Numbered from the stretch's first letter, positions 49,781 to 57,560 are shown. The stretch is 64,000 nt of DNA from Prevotellaceae bacterium (GCA_029226205.1 JAQXXT010000007.1:3921-67920), one strand, 5' to 3'. Translations and numbers: made by a program. Notes: generated by a model from the letters alone, not told the origin.

Positions 49781-50071
49781 TTAATCCAACCGTTTTTTAT
49801 TCAGTACTTCGACACTTGCTATATTTTCAATATCAATATAATACGATCGTGTTTCTTCCACCACGCCACCCGATTTAGGCTCGTCCAAGTAAATATCCTG
49901 AAAGAACAGGACTCCATCCATAATCCGATGATTGGCAAATCCAATATTCGGAGTTTGATAATCTTCATCGTTGTCAATCTGAATTAACCTATCATTAGAT
50001 TTCAATCGGATATTCATTACGTCTCCGTACTTCATATTGTTTAACGCATGCTCAAAAACTCTTACGTTCAT
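49781..50071 (-). CDS. Hypothetical protein, possibly Sm/Hfq-like fold (cassette array)
   Basis: C-terminal YYIDIENIASVEV strand pattern. Confidence 0.65.
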   Translation of the reverse strand: MNVRVFEHALNNMKYGDVMNIRLKSNDRLIQIDNDEDYQTPNIGFANHRIMDGVLFFQDIYLDEPKSGGVVEETRSYYIDIENIASVEVLNKKRLD

Positions 50072-50195
50072 ACACTGAATGTTTAAATGTTTATGGAGGG
50101 TTGGTTAGGCCCTCCGTTTCCTTTATCTATTGCAACTGAGGCAACCACACAGATCCCTCAGACAGAGGGCAGCCTGCACTGCCCTCTATTTTAAA

Positions 50196-50720
50196 CTAAG
50201 CAGGAATCTTTGTTGGGATATAATATGTCTCATTCTCCTCGTCCCAAAGGTATTCGCCAAAAGCGTTATATCTCAACTCGTCTATATAATCGCCAGACTT
50301 CTCACCTACATAGCCACGGTACAACTCCATGGAACAGTCCTCCACCCAATTTATAATGGACTGGATTTCATCCTCGAAATATCGTTTACAGAGCTTTTTG
50401 ACATAAAAGCCAAAGAGATTAGTACCTCTCATCTTTTCAGTATAACTCAGCAGCTTTTCACAATCCTCACTCAGGCCATAATTAGCTTCGGAATTACGTA
50501 CCCCCTCCAAGAACAACTCATCGTCCAAAACACTTATACGACTAGGTTCAAAGAACCCGATGGAATAATCTATCGAGTCGTTTTCAAAGCATCTTATCTT
50601 ATCACTAATATACCGAAACTCAATATCCTGAATCAGATTGTCAAGCAACTCTCGAAGAGATTTACTCTCGTCAAGAATATTGATGATTTTCTCATCATCC
50701 AAATCTTTGATTTTTTTCAT
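50196..50720 (-). CDS. Acidic hypothetical protein (cassette array)
   Basis: D/E-rich; preceded by promoter and hairpin leader. Confidence 0.75.
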   Translation of the reverse strand: MKKIKDLDDEKIINILDESKSLRELLDNLIQDIEFRYISDKIRCFENDSIDYSIGFFEPSRISVLDDELFLEGVRNSEANYGLSEDCEKLLSYTEKMRGTNLFGFYVKKLCKRYFEDEIQSIINWVEDCSMELYRGYVGEKSGDYIDELRYNAFGEYLWDEENETYYIPTKIPA

Positions 50721-50923
50721 ACACTGAATGTTTAAATGTTGTGGAGGGTTGGTTAGGCTCTCCGTTTCCTTTTATCTATTGCAAAGATACAACAATTATC
50801 TGTAATATCAAAACATTTTGTGTTAACTACCTATAAATGTAATGTTAAGAAATATTACAGATAAATGTATCTCCTGCAACTGGGATCAACTGGCAGTCCC
50901 CGCCAAAATCTCTCTTCAATTTG

Positions 50924-51003
50924 ACTTTATAGCGTTATGATGTCTTGACATCATAACGATATAGCGTCTGGACGCTACAACATCAAAGCATCCAGACGCA
51001 AAA
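50924..51003. repeat. Phased array of 10 degenerate 8-bp units
   Basis: actttata gcgttatg atgtcttg acatcata acgatata gcgtctgg acgctaca acatcaaa gcatccag acgcaaaa. Confidence 0.75.
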
Positions 51004-51040
51004 CAAATGGGCTGCTATGGCAGCCCATTTGTCAAATAGC

Positions 51041-51190
51041 CTAGTAAATTCTGTACTCCATATCAATATGATAATCAATCATCCAGCCATGACCATAATG
51101 ATCCTCGTATTCATGGGGATCAACATCCAATTTTAAATCGGCGAATTCTTGAATATGTTTCCAAAATGTCTTCTTGCTTACTTCTTTCAT
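51041..51190 (-). CDS. 49-aa acidic/His-rich protein
   Basis: MKEVSKKTFWKHIQEFADLKLDVDPHEYEDHYGHGWMIDYHIDMEYRIY; terminator at 51003-51032. Confidence 0.5.
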   Translation of the reverse strand: MKEVSKKTFWKHIQEFADLKLDVDPHEYEDHYGHGWMIDYHIDMEYRIY

Positions 51191-51250
51191 AACTATTCCT
51201 TTTTATTGCCAAAGAAATCCATGTCTGTTTCCCAACATGGATTTCTTTAT

Positions 51251-51445
51251 TTAGTCTTCATCCGAACACTTCATACATCCACCCATCAACTGAAGATAGA
51301 TGTCTGTATACGTTTCCTTCTCACTTCCCTCACAAGCAATCATACCCTCAAGGAATTCTTCCTCAGCTTTGTCTCTTCGCATAATCCGTGTTCTGCCATA
51401 GCATGTGATCTCCACCATGTCACTGGCCTTACCTTTACTCCTCAT
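51251..51445 (-). CDS. Hypothetical protein (cassette array)
   Basis: ITCYG...FLEGMIACEGSE motif; hairpin leader. Confidence 0.7.
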   Translation of the reverse strand: MRSKGKASDMVEITCYGRTRIMRRDKAEEEFLEGMIACEGSEKETYTDIYLQLMGGCMKCSDED

Positions 51446-51492
51446 ATTGTCTTCTAGAATTGTGAGGGAGTGGTTAGCTCCCTCGTTACCTT

Positions 51493-51747
51493 TTATAGAA
51501 TGGTCAATCTTCCATTTATGACCGCCTTATCGTAGCCTTCTTTCTTGAGTGCTGCCTTTGCTCTGACAGAGTAGATCCGTGACTCGTACTCCGAAAGGTT
51601 ACTTCTGCTCTGCATTGGTCTGTTAGGTCTCATAACCTGCACCTTGTAGCTCTCCGCATAACAGATCCCCGTCTTCATGTAGTTTTGGACGGCTGCCCGA
51701 CTACTGAATGATCGTGACTTTACTACTTCGATTCTTGGATATTTCAT
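51493..51747 (-). CDS. Basic hypothetical protein (cassette array)
   Basis: Promoter and hairpin leader upstream. Confidence 0.7.
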   Translation of the reverse strand: MKYPRIEVVKSRSFSSRAAVQNYMKTGICYAESYKVQVMRPNRPMQSRSNLSEYESRIYSVRAKAALKKEGYDKAVINGRLTIL

Positions 51748-51952
51748 ACACTTAATGTTTAAATGTTATGGAGGGTTGATTAGGCCCTCCGTTTTCTTTT
51801 ATCTATTGCAAAGGTACAACAATTATCTGTAATAACAAAACATTTAGTGTTAATTACATATAAATGTAATGTTAAAGAATATTGCAGATAGATGTACCCC
51901 TTTGTACAAGAGCATAATTAATCTCGTACAAATCATCAAGTGACAAGTCATT

Positions 51953-52219
51953 CTAATCACAATGCCACATCTCTCCATCATTCGTATCAAGAACAAATCC
52001 GCCCTGATTGGTAAGAGTGCAAACACTTCCCTTTGCTTGTGTGCCATCTTCAAAATTTACAAGTACATCACGAAACCAAAATCCGGTTACCTCTAACATT
52101 TTTAAATCTTCATCGACCTCGGAGTAATGGTCAGCAACATAAGTATTAATTGCTTTTACCAACATTGTTCTAAAATTAGAAAGTTTACATCCTAAATCTA
52201 ACAAATCTGTATTTGTCAT
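51953..52219 (-). CDS. Hypothetical protein (cassette array), possibly prematurely stopped
   Basis: ATG ~10 nt after the hairpin; frame continues past the TAG. Confidence 0.6.
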   Translation of the reverse strand: MTNTDLLDLGCKLSNFRTMLVKAINTYVADHYSEVDEDLKMLEVTGFWFRDVLVNFEDGTQAKGSVCTLTNQGGFVLDTNDGEMWHCD

Positions 52220-52257
52220 TGTTTCCTGTGGAGGGGTGGTCAGCCCCTCCGTTACCA

Positions 52258-52548
52258 TTATTCATTTAACGCAAAATTCAAAACCTCTGTTTCGGTAGCA
52301 CTGCCTTCGTGATAACGCTTGGCAATATCACTATAGATATCAACAATTATGTCAATGCCCTCCGCTTCCTTGTCTTTCGGATAGTCGCAATATTCGTCTT
52401 TATTAAAAGCGTCCTCCCACAAAGCGTTCTCAGCTACAATTTTAAGAGTTGGCATACCATCTTCAATGCCATCTTCCTTACTCAGAAGTATATCCAATGC
52501 CTTATACGGCTTACCCTTATACCAATACGATGTCTTAACAATATTCAT
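52258..52548 (-). CDS. Acidic hypothetical protein (cassette array)
   Basis: Hairpin leader at 52563. Confidence 0.7.
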   Translation of the reverse strand: MNIVKTSYWYKGKPYKALDILLSKEDGIEDGMPTLKIVAENALWEDAFNKDEYCDYPKDKEAEGIDIIVDIYSDIAKRYHEGSATETEVLNFALNE

Positions 52549-52595
52549 TATATCAAGTATTATGGGGAGTCGGTTACACTCCCCGTTACCTATTT

Positions 52596-52790
52596 CTAAA
52601 AGCGTTCTATCTCATTCCGACAAACCTCGGCTTCGCCAAAGTCATCTGAGATATGTATGATGGAGTCTTCATTATCACCATCAATTTTGTCGATTGTCCA
52701 TATACGGCTTAAATCCCTGCTCTCCTGCTCGGGATCATACCATATCACGCAATCACCCTCCCGAATATCGTTTCCTAACTTATCTGTCAT
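52596..52790 (-). CDS. Small acidic SH3-like protein
   Basis: DKLGNDIREGDCVIW pattern. Confidence 0.65.
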   Translation of the reverse strand: MTDKLGNDIREGDCVIWYDPEQESRDLSRIWTIDKIDGDNEDSIIHISDDFGEAEVCRNEIERF

Positions 52791-52836
52791 AGTCGTATTT
52801 ATAAAGCAAGGGAGGGGATTCCCTCCCTTGTAATTA

Positions 52837-53592
52837 CTAAAGTTCTACAAGTCTTGTTGTAGCCTTAATGATAAGGTCTTTAAGCTGCTCCTTATCCAGC
52901 TCTGGCAACAAGTCAATCACCATAAAATTCTCGGTATCCTCGATGTCAATACCTTTCTTGGAAAGGATCGTCTTGATGTCAAGCGTTGAGAAGTCATTAT
53001 AACTTCTTCCCTTGTCTGCGTGACTTGGCTGACTGCTTGATGAGTTGGAGTTCTCCGAGCCATAGAACTCTCTTTCTCTCATCATTTCATCAATCTCCTC
53101 CGGTTCTCCGATACCGAGGATAGAGTCAATACGGAACTTTCTCTCTTCATTCTTGTCGGTATCGAAATAGATGAAATATTTTCCAGTTTCATCCACATTG
53201 TCTGAAATGAATCCGTGTGCATGGCGGATAGTCCCGTCAACCTTGCGGTACGTGAAAGATGTCGGCTCTCCAATCTTCCCATTCTCTTTCATGGTCTGCT
53301 TGAGCTTGACTACAAGAGCAAGACAAATATTGTGATGCTCGTCAACCGATTCCTTACGGACTTCTCCGACCTCTACAAGATTGTCGATGATGAAACATCT
53401 CCACCCCTTGCAGTCCACATCATAATACTTAAGTGTGTAGCTGCACTGGTTTCTGTTCGTGCCTTTGATCGTGTGACCTACTCCGTAGAGTGTACCCTCT
53501 GCGTGACGGATTGATCCGTCCTTCTTGCGGTACGTGAAGGACACAATACCCTTGTGAAGTTTCTCAACCAATGTTTTAAGCAAATTTTCCAT
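52837..53592 (-). CDS. Tandem WYL_2/DUF2693-like SH3 beta-barrel protein
   Basis: Two copies of SFTYRKxDGxIRHAxG...YxDxD....RxF. Confidence 0.8.
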   Translation of the reverse strand: MENLLKTLVEKLHKGIVSFTYRKKDGSIRHAEGTLYGVGHTIKGTNRNQCSYTLKYYDVDCKGWRCFIIDNLVEVGEVRKESVDEHHNICLALVVKLKQTMKENGKIGEPTSFTYRKVDGTIRHAHGFISDNVDETGKYFIYFDTDKNEERKFRIDSILGIGEPEEIDEMMREREFYGSENSNSSSSQPSHADKGRSYNDFSTLDIKTILSKKGIDIEDTENFMVIDLLPELDKEQLKDLIIKATTRLVEL

Positions 53593-54002
53593 ACAATGTT
53601 TATATGTTATGGGGAGTTGGTTAGGCTCTCCGTTTCCTTTATCTATTGCAAATATACAACAATTATCTGTAATTGCAAAACATTTAGTGTTAATTACATA
53701 TAAATGTAATGTTAAGAAATATTACAGATAAATGTAACCCCTGCAACATGATTAACGTGCAGATAATAAACTAAAAATATTCTTCAAGTCTTCAAGAGAA
53801 AACACACGCTGCCATCACGTTTAGTATGGATCACTTAGTTTGTCTTTACGTAAATGAGACTAACTCCAACAGGGTCTTGTTGAATGATACAATCCAGACA
53901 TGATAGAAGACTATTGTAACATGGCCAAAATATATGCCTACCCAGTAAAATCGAATGGAAAAATTTGGAAGATTCCCCAAAATATCCTACCTTTGCAAAC
54001 AC

Positions 54003-54148
54003 GTTTTATCAATTTATCAATGCCACCAGTCGTGAGACTCGTGGCGAAGGTATAATCCGTGAGGACGAAAAACCTTCATCCTAAAGAAATTTTTTAAATA
54101 AAAGCATTGAAGAGGGGCAGCCAGTTAGCTGCCTTCCTTCTTTTTTTT
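54003..54148 (+). ncRNA. Candidate ~145-nt structured small RNA
   Basis: Own -33/-7 promoter (53964-53995), two GUGA-tetraloop hairpins, U-tailed terminator, no ORF over 11 aa. Confidence 0.5.
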
Positions 54149-54159
54149 CTCAAAAAAAA

Positions 54160-54195
54160 TTTGGCCAGTCAACATATTCTTTCTAACTTTGCAAA
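54160..54195 (+). promoter_or_regulatory. Outward-facing promoter near the ICE end
   Basis: TTTG ... TAACTTTG with no substantial downstream ORF before the boundary. Confidence 0.55.
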
Positions 54196-54357
54196 AGTTA
54201 GAAAGAAAGTAAGCAATATAAAAAGAAACCCTGCGGGCGTTAGGTTTGTACCAAATTTGTCCCACACAGTTGATACAATAATGATAAAATATTAATAAAC
54301 AACAAATTACAGAACAAGCGGATATAGTGTACGATAATTTCGGATAAACATAATACG

Positions 54358-54397
54358 AAGAAAAGTCATTGACAACAAATTGTCAATGACTTTTCTT
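54358..54397 (+). terminator. Perfect 18-bp stem terminator, probably of the gene targeted by integration
   Basis: aagaaaagtcattgacaa-caaa-ttgtcaatgacttttctt. Confidence 0.75.
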
Positions 54398-54488
54398 TGT
54401 TATCCTCATTCATATTTTTTAATACTTCTTTTTTCTCCACTTCCTAAGAATTCTTTATCTTTGCGATGTAATCAAACCAAACAAGCCT

Positions 54489-55166
54489 ATGGAACCTATC
54501 ACATTGGAAAATTTCGAAAATACGTATATTGATCCCATTGAGCAGGCAGAGATTGACAAATTTGTCTGCAAGGAGATGGATCGTCAGATACACCGGTATA
54601 TCAAGGCCATGCACGGAACCAAAGGATATATGGAACGCTTCATCAAACGCCTTGATACGATGTCGCTGGAAGAGAAAGAACAAGCCATTGCCCGCTATAT
54701 CGATCTGAACCGTAAAGTCCTCGATGGCCTTGACTTCAAGATTGTTCTCGCCAGAGCCGTAGCCAACTACTGCGACACGTTCTCTTACATGCTCACGCTC
54801 ATCAACAACAAGCGGAAGATGGTCTACTATCTCCATCGCATCAAGGACACATATGTACAATTCCATGAAGTCTTTGAGGAGAATGGAAAATTTGGTATCC
54901 GTGACCATCATGGCAACGTCATCGTCAGACCCGTCTATGACTTCCTCCGTACACCTTATATATATGTAGACGATCTCATCAACGTCCCCATCATTGCAGA
55001 AAAGAATGGTAAGTTGGGCCTCATCCTCGCTGATGGAAAGGATACAGTTGTGGCCGATTTCGTCTTCGACGATATCTCTCTTCGTGATGAGCCACCCTAT
55101 TTCGAAGCCCGGAAAGGGAAGATGAAGGGTACGCTCGACTTCAACGGACAATTTGAGGAAATGTGA
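54489..55166 (+). CDS. Conserved hypothetical protein (WG-repeat-like C-terminus)
   Basis: NGKFGIRD..G, NGKLGLI, KGTLDFNG repeats. Confidence 0.75.
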   Translation: MEPITLENFENTYIDPIEQAEIDKFVCKEMDRQIHRYIKAMHGTKGYMERFIKRLDTMSLEEKEQAIARYIDLNRKVLDGLDFKIVLARAVANYCDTFSYMLTLINNKRKMVYYLHRIKDTYVQFHEVFEENGKFGIRDHHGNVIVRPVYDFLRTPYIYVDDLINVPIIAEKNGKLGLILADGKDTVVADFVFDDISLRDEPPYFEARKGKMKGTLDFNGQFEEM

Positions 55167-55260
55167 AAAAGTAAAGAAGTAAAAGAGTAAAAAAGTAAAA
55201 GAGTAAAAAAGGCGAACATCCAACGTTTAATTTTTTACTTTTTCACTTTTTTACTTTTAG
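55165..55260. repeat. Intergenic inverted array of 8-bp AAAGTAAA-type units
   Basis: (aaagtaaa/agagtaaa)n followed by (tttttact)n. Confidence 0.6.
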
Positions 55261-55341
55261 ATTTTCTTGTTTTTCTGCCGAAAAATGTTTAACTTTGCAA
55301 CTGCAAACATTTTAACCAATAAAAGTAAATAGATTTTGTCA

Positions 55342-56676
55342 ATGAAAGCAACTGAAGTCGTAGAGAATCTCAAGCGCAGATTCCCCAACGAGCCGGAGTA
55401 CATCCAGGCCGTCAGCCAGGTCCTCGGTACTATCGAGGATGTCTACAACCAGCATCCAGAATTTGAGAAGTACAACCTTATCGAGCGTCTCTGCATCCCC
55501 GATCGCATCATCTCTTTCCGTGTCACATGGGTAGACGACAAGGGAAAGGTACAGACGAACATGGGTTACCGCATTCAGCACAACAACGCTATCGGTCCTT
55601 ACAAGGGCGGTATCCGTTTCCATAAATCCGTGAACCTCTCCATTCTGAAGTTCCTCGCCTTCGAACAGACCTTCAAGAACTCTCTGACGACACTCCCGAT
55701 GGGTGGCGCCAAAGGTGGTTCCGACTTCTCTCCCCGTGGAAAGAGCGATGCCGAGGTCATGCGCTTCTGCCAGGCTTTCATGTCTGAGCTCTACCGCCAT
55801 ATCGGTCCCGACGAGGATGTTCCTGCCGGTGATATCGGTGTCGGTGGTCGTGAGGTAGGCTACATGTTCGGCATGTACAAGAAACTCACCCATCAGTTCC
55901 AGGGTATTCTTACCGGTAAGGGCCAGGAATTCGGCGGTTCTCTCATCCGTCCCGAGGCTACTGGTTATGGTAATGTTTATTTCCTGCAGAACATGCTCGC
56001 TACGCGCGGCATTGATCTCAAGGGAAAGACGGTTCTCGTCTCTGGTGCCGGTAACGTTGCTCAGTACACCATAGAGAAACTCATCCAGCTCGGTGCTAAG
56101 CCGGTCACCTGCTCTGACTCCGACGGTTATATCTATGATCCCGATGGTATCGATGCCGAGAAACTGGCATATATCATGGAGCTGAAGAATGTGGAGCGTG
56201 GACGTATCCGCGAGTACGCTGAGAAATATGGCGTGAAATATGTAGAGGGTGCTAAGCCCTGGTTTGAGAAGGCCGATATCGCTACACCTTGCGCCACACA
56301 GAACGAGATCAACGAAGAAGCAGCCAAAGCGCTCGTCGCTAACGGCGTCATCGCGGTCAGCGAAGGTGCCAACATGCCGACAGTACCGGCTGCCATCAAA
56401 GTATTCCAGGATGCCAAGATTCTCTACTGCCCGGGTAAGGCCAGCAATGCCGGTGGTGTCGCTGTCTCCGGTCTGGAGATGACACAGAACTCTGAGCGTC
56501 TGCGCTGGTCTCGTGAGGAGGTAGACAATAAACTCCATCAGATCATGAATGAGATCCACGACTCGTGTGTCAAATACGGTACGCAGGAAGACGGATACAT
56601 CAACTATGTTAAAGGCGCCAATGTCGCCGGCTTCCTGAAAGTTGCTAAGGCAATGATGGCACAGGGTATCCTCTAA
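55342..56676 (+). CDS. gdhA: Glutamate dehydrogenase
   Basis: GPYKGGIRFH, GGAKGGSDF, VPAGDIGVG, RPEATGYG, EGANMP, KASNAGGV. Confidence 0.97.
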   Translation: MKATEVVENLKRRFPNEPEYIQAVSQVLGTIEDVYNQHPEFEKYNLIERLCIPDRIISFRVTWVDDKGKVQTNMGYRIQHNNAIGPYKGGIRFHKSVNLSILKFLAFEQTFKNSLTTLPMGGAKGGSDFSPRGKSDAEVMRFCQAFMSELYRHIGPDEDVPAGDIGVGGREVGYMFGMYKKLTHQFQGILTGKGQEFGGSLIRPEATGYGNVYFLQNMLATRGIDLKGKTVLVSGAGNVAQYTIEKLIQLGAKPVTCSDSDGYIYDPDGIDAEKLAYIMELKNVERGRIREYAEKYGVKYVEGAKPWFEKADIATPCATQNEINEEAAKALVANGVIAVSEGANMPTVPAAIKVFQDAKILYCPGKASNAGGVAVSGLEMTQNSERLRWSREEVDNKLHQIMNEIHDSCVKYGTQEDGYINYVKGANVAGFLKVAKAMMAQGIL

Positions 56677-56847
56677 TCAGTTGAAAATAAACGGATAGAG
56701 AGCAATTGCGCCTATCCATGAATCCTATAGCGGAACTTTTTTGTAAGAAAATTGCAAAAAAGTTCCGTTTTTATTTGGTGGTTTAAAAGAAAGTTTGTAC
56801 CTTTGCACTCGCATTTGAGAAGCAAGCCTCCCAATGAGGTTTCAAAA

Positions 56848-56921
56848 GGTGCGTTAGTTCAGCTGGTTAGAATGCCTGCCTGTCACGCAGGAGGTCATGA
56901 GTCCGAGTCTCATACGCACCG
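56848..56921 (+). tRNA. tRNA-Asp (GTC)
   Basis: Cloverleaf: acceptor GGTGCGT/ACGCACC, anticodon loop CTGTCAC. Confidence 0.95.
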
Positions 56922-56944
56922 CTCTTCTTCTCAAAATGTAAACT

Positions 56945-57018
56945 GGTGCGTTAGTTCAGCTGGTTAGAATGCCTGCCTGTCACGCAGGAGGTCATGAGTC
57001 CGAGTCTCATACGCACCG
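56945..57018 (+). tRNA. tRNA-Asp (GTC), identical tandem copy
   Basis: Same 74-nt sequence; terminator at 57022-57053. Confidence 0.95.
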
Positions 57019-57113
57019 CTGAAACCTTCAGAAGCAATTCTGAAGGTTTTTTTATTATTATCCGACATATCCTTTTATCGGTAGCCGCTACGTTGCGGCC
57101 ACGCAAGGAGAGA

Positions 57114-57560
57114 TCATTTTATTTTAAACTTGAAATATCGTTTCCGAATAATCCACAACCTCAACAGCCAGATTGCAAAGAATCCATTACTGACGATTTC
57201 ATAGATTGTATCCCATGGCTCGGGAATGGTAAAGAAGAATTTCAAAACCCACAAGATAAGATCGATATTAAACAGCCAATTCCACCACCGTTCCCGATCA
57301 GAGAAAGAGATATGAGTCACAGCGCCGTCATGAACATCCACAACCGTGCTACCTTCTATAAACCGGTACATACTTCTAATTGTAACCTTCCACTCCCCTT
57401 CCGGCAACCGGATATCTACAGGCTTATCCTTGATGATCCCAAGTACCTCGTCATTGATAGCAAGGTAATGTGGAAGAGGCAATATCTGTTTCTTTGTGGT
57501 GATAATCAATTCTGACATTCTATTCTCAAATGATAATGAGACATGACCTTTCATGTCCAT
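57114..57560 (-). CDS. Hypothetical membrane protein
   Basis: Two C-terminal TM helices. Confidence 0.65.
   Translation of the reverse strand: MDMKGHVSLSFENRMSELIITTKKQILPLPHYLAINDEVLGIIKDKPVDIRLPEGEWKVTIRSMYRFIEGSTVVDVHDGAVTHISFSDRERWWNWLFNIDLILWVLKFFFTIPEPWDTIYEIVSNGFFAIWLLRLWIIRKRYFKFKIK

Larger units (their letters stand above)
47520..53746 (-). repeat. Dispersed repeat family: 11 AAGGWAAC-hairpin leaders and 5 self-complementary promoters
   Basis: Hairpins at ~47540, 48501, 49071, 49726, 50094, 50742, 51463, 51769, 52229, 52563, 53610; promoters at 47576-47676, 49107-49208, 50779-50879, 51806-51905, 53646-53746. Confidence 0.92.
1..54347. mobile_element. Right part of a large Bacteroidales integrative conjugative element (left end outside window)
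   Basis: Tra operon (VirB4-like TraG, TraJ/K/M/N/O), primase, ParA, TopB and M23 peptidase; abrupt switch to core genes (gdhA, tRNA, uvrB) after ~54.4 kb. The right boundary is inferred. Confidence 0.88.

Noticed and set aside
14954-51955. Alternative genetic code in the ICE
   Set aside because: Only one TGA and one TAG look premature; both codons act as normal stops elsewhere in the element
47520-53640. Integron attC array (GCCTAAC/GTTAGGC matches the RYYYAAC/GTTRRRY core)
   Set aside because: The match lies in the hairpin loop, is absent from several copies, has no partner core site at attC spacing, and no IntI is in the window
47520-53746. CRISPR array
   Set aside because: Repeats are separated by whole genes of variable length; no cas genes
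54045-54075. Hammerhead ribozyme (UCCGUGAGGACGAAA resembles stem II plus GAAA)
   Set aside because: The CUGAUGA core is missing and stem II closure is mismatched
55165-55260. Intergenic AAAGTAAA repeat as part of the ICE 8-bp array family
   Set aside because: Different consensus and located in core genome; resembles ordinary Prevotella intergenic repeats
56848-57018. tRNA-Asp duplication as the ICE attachment site
   Set aside because: Both copies are full length, adjacent, and separated from the ICE by core genes
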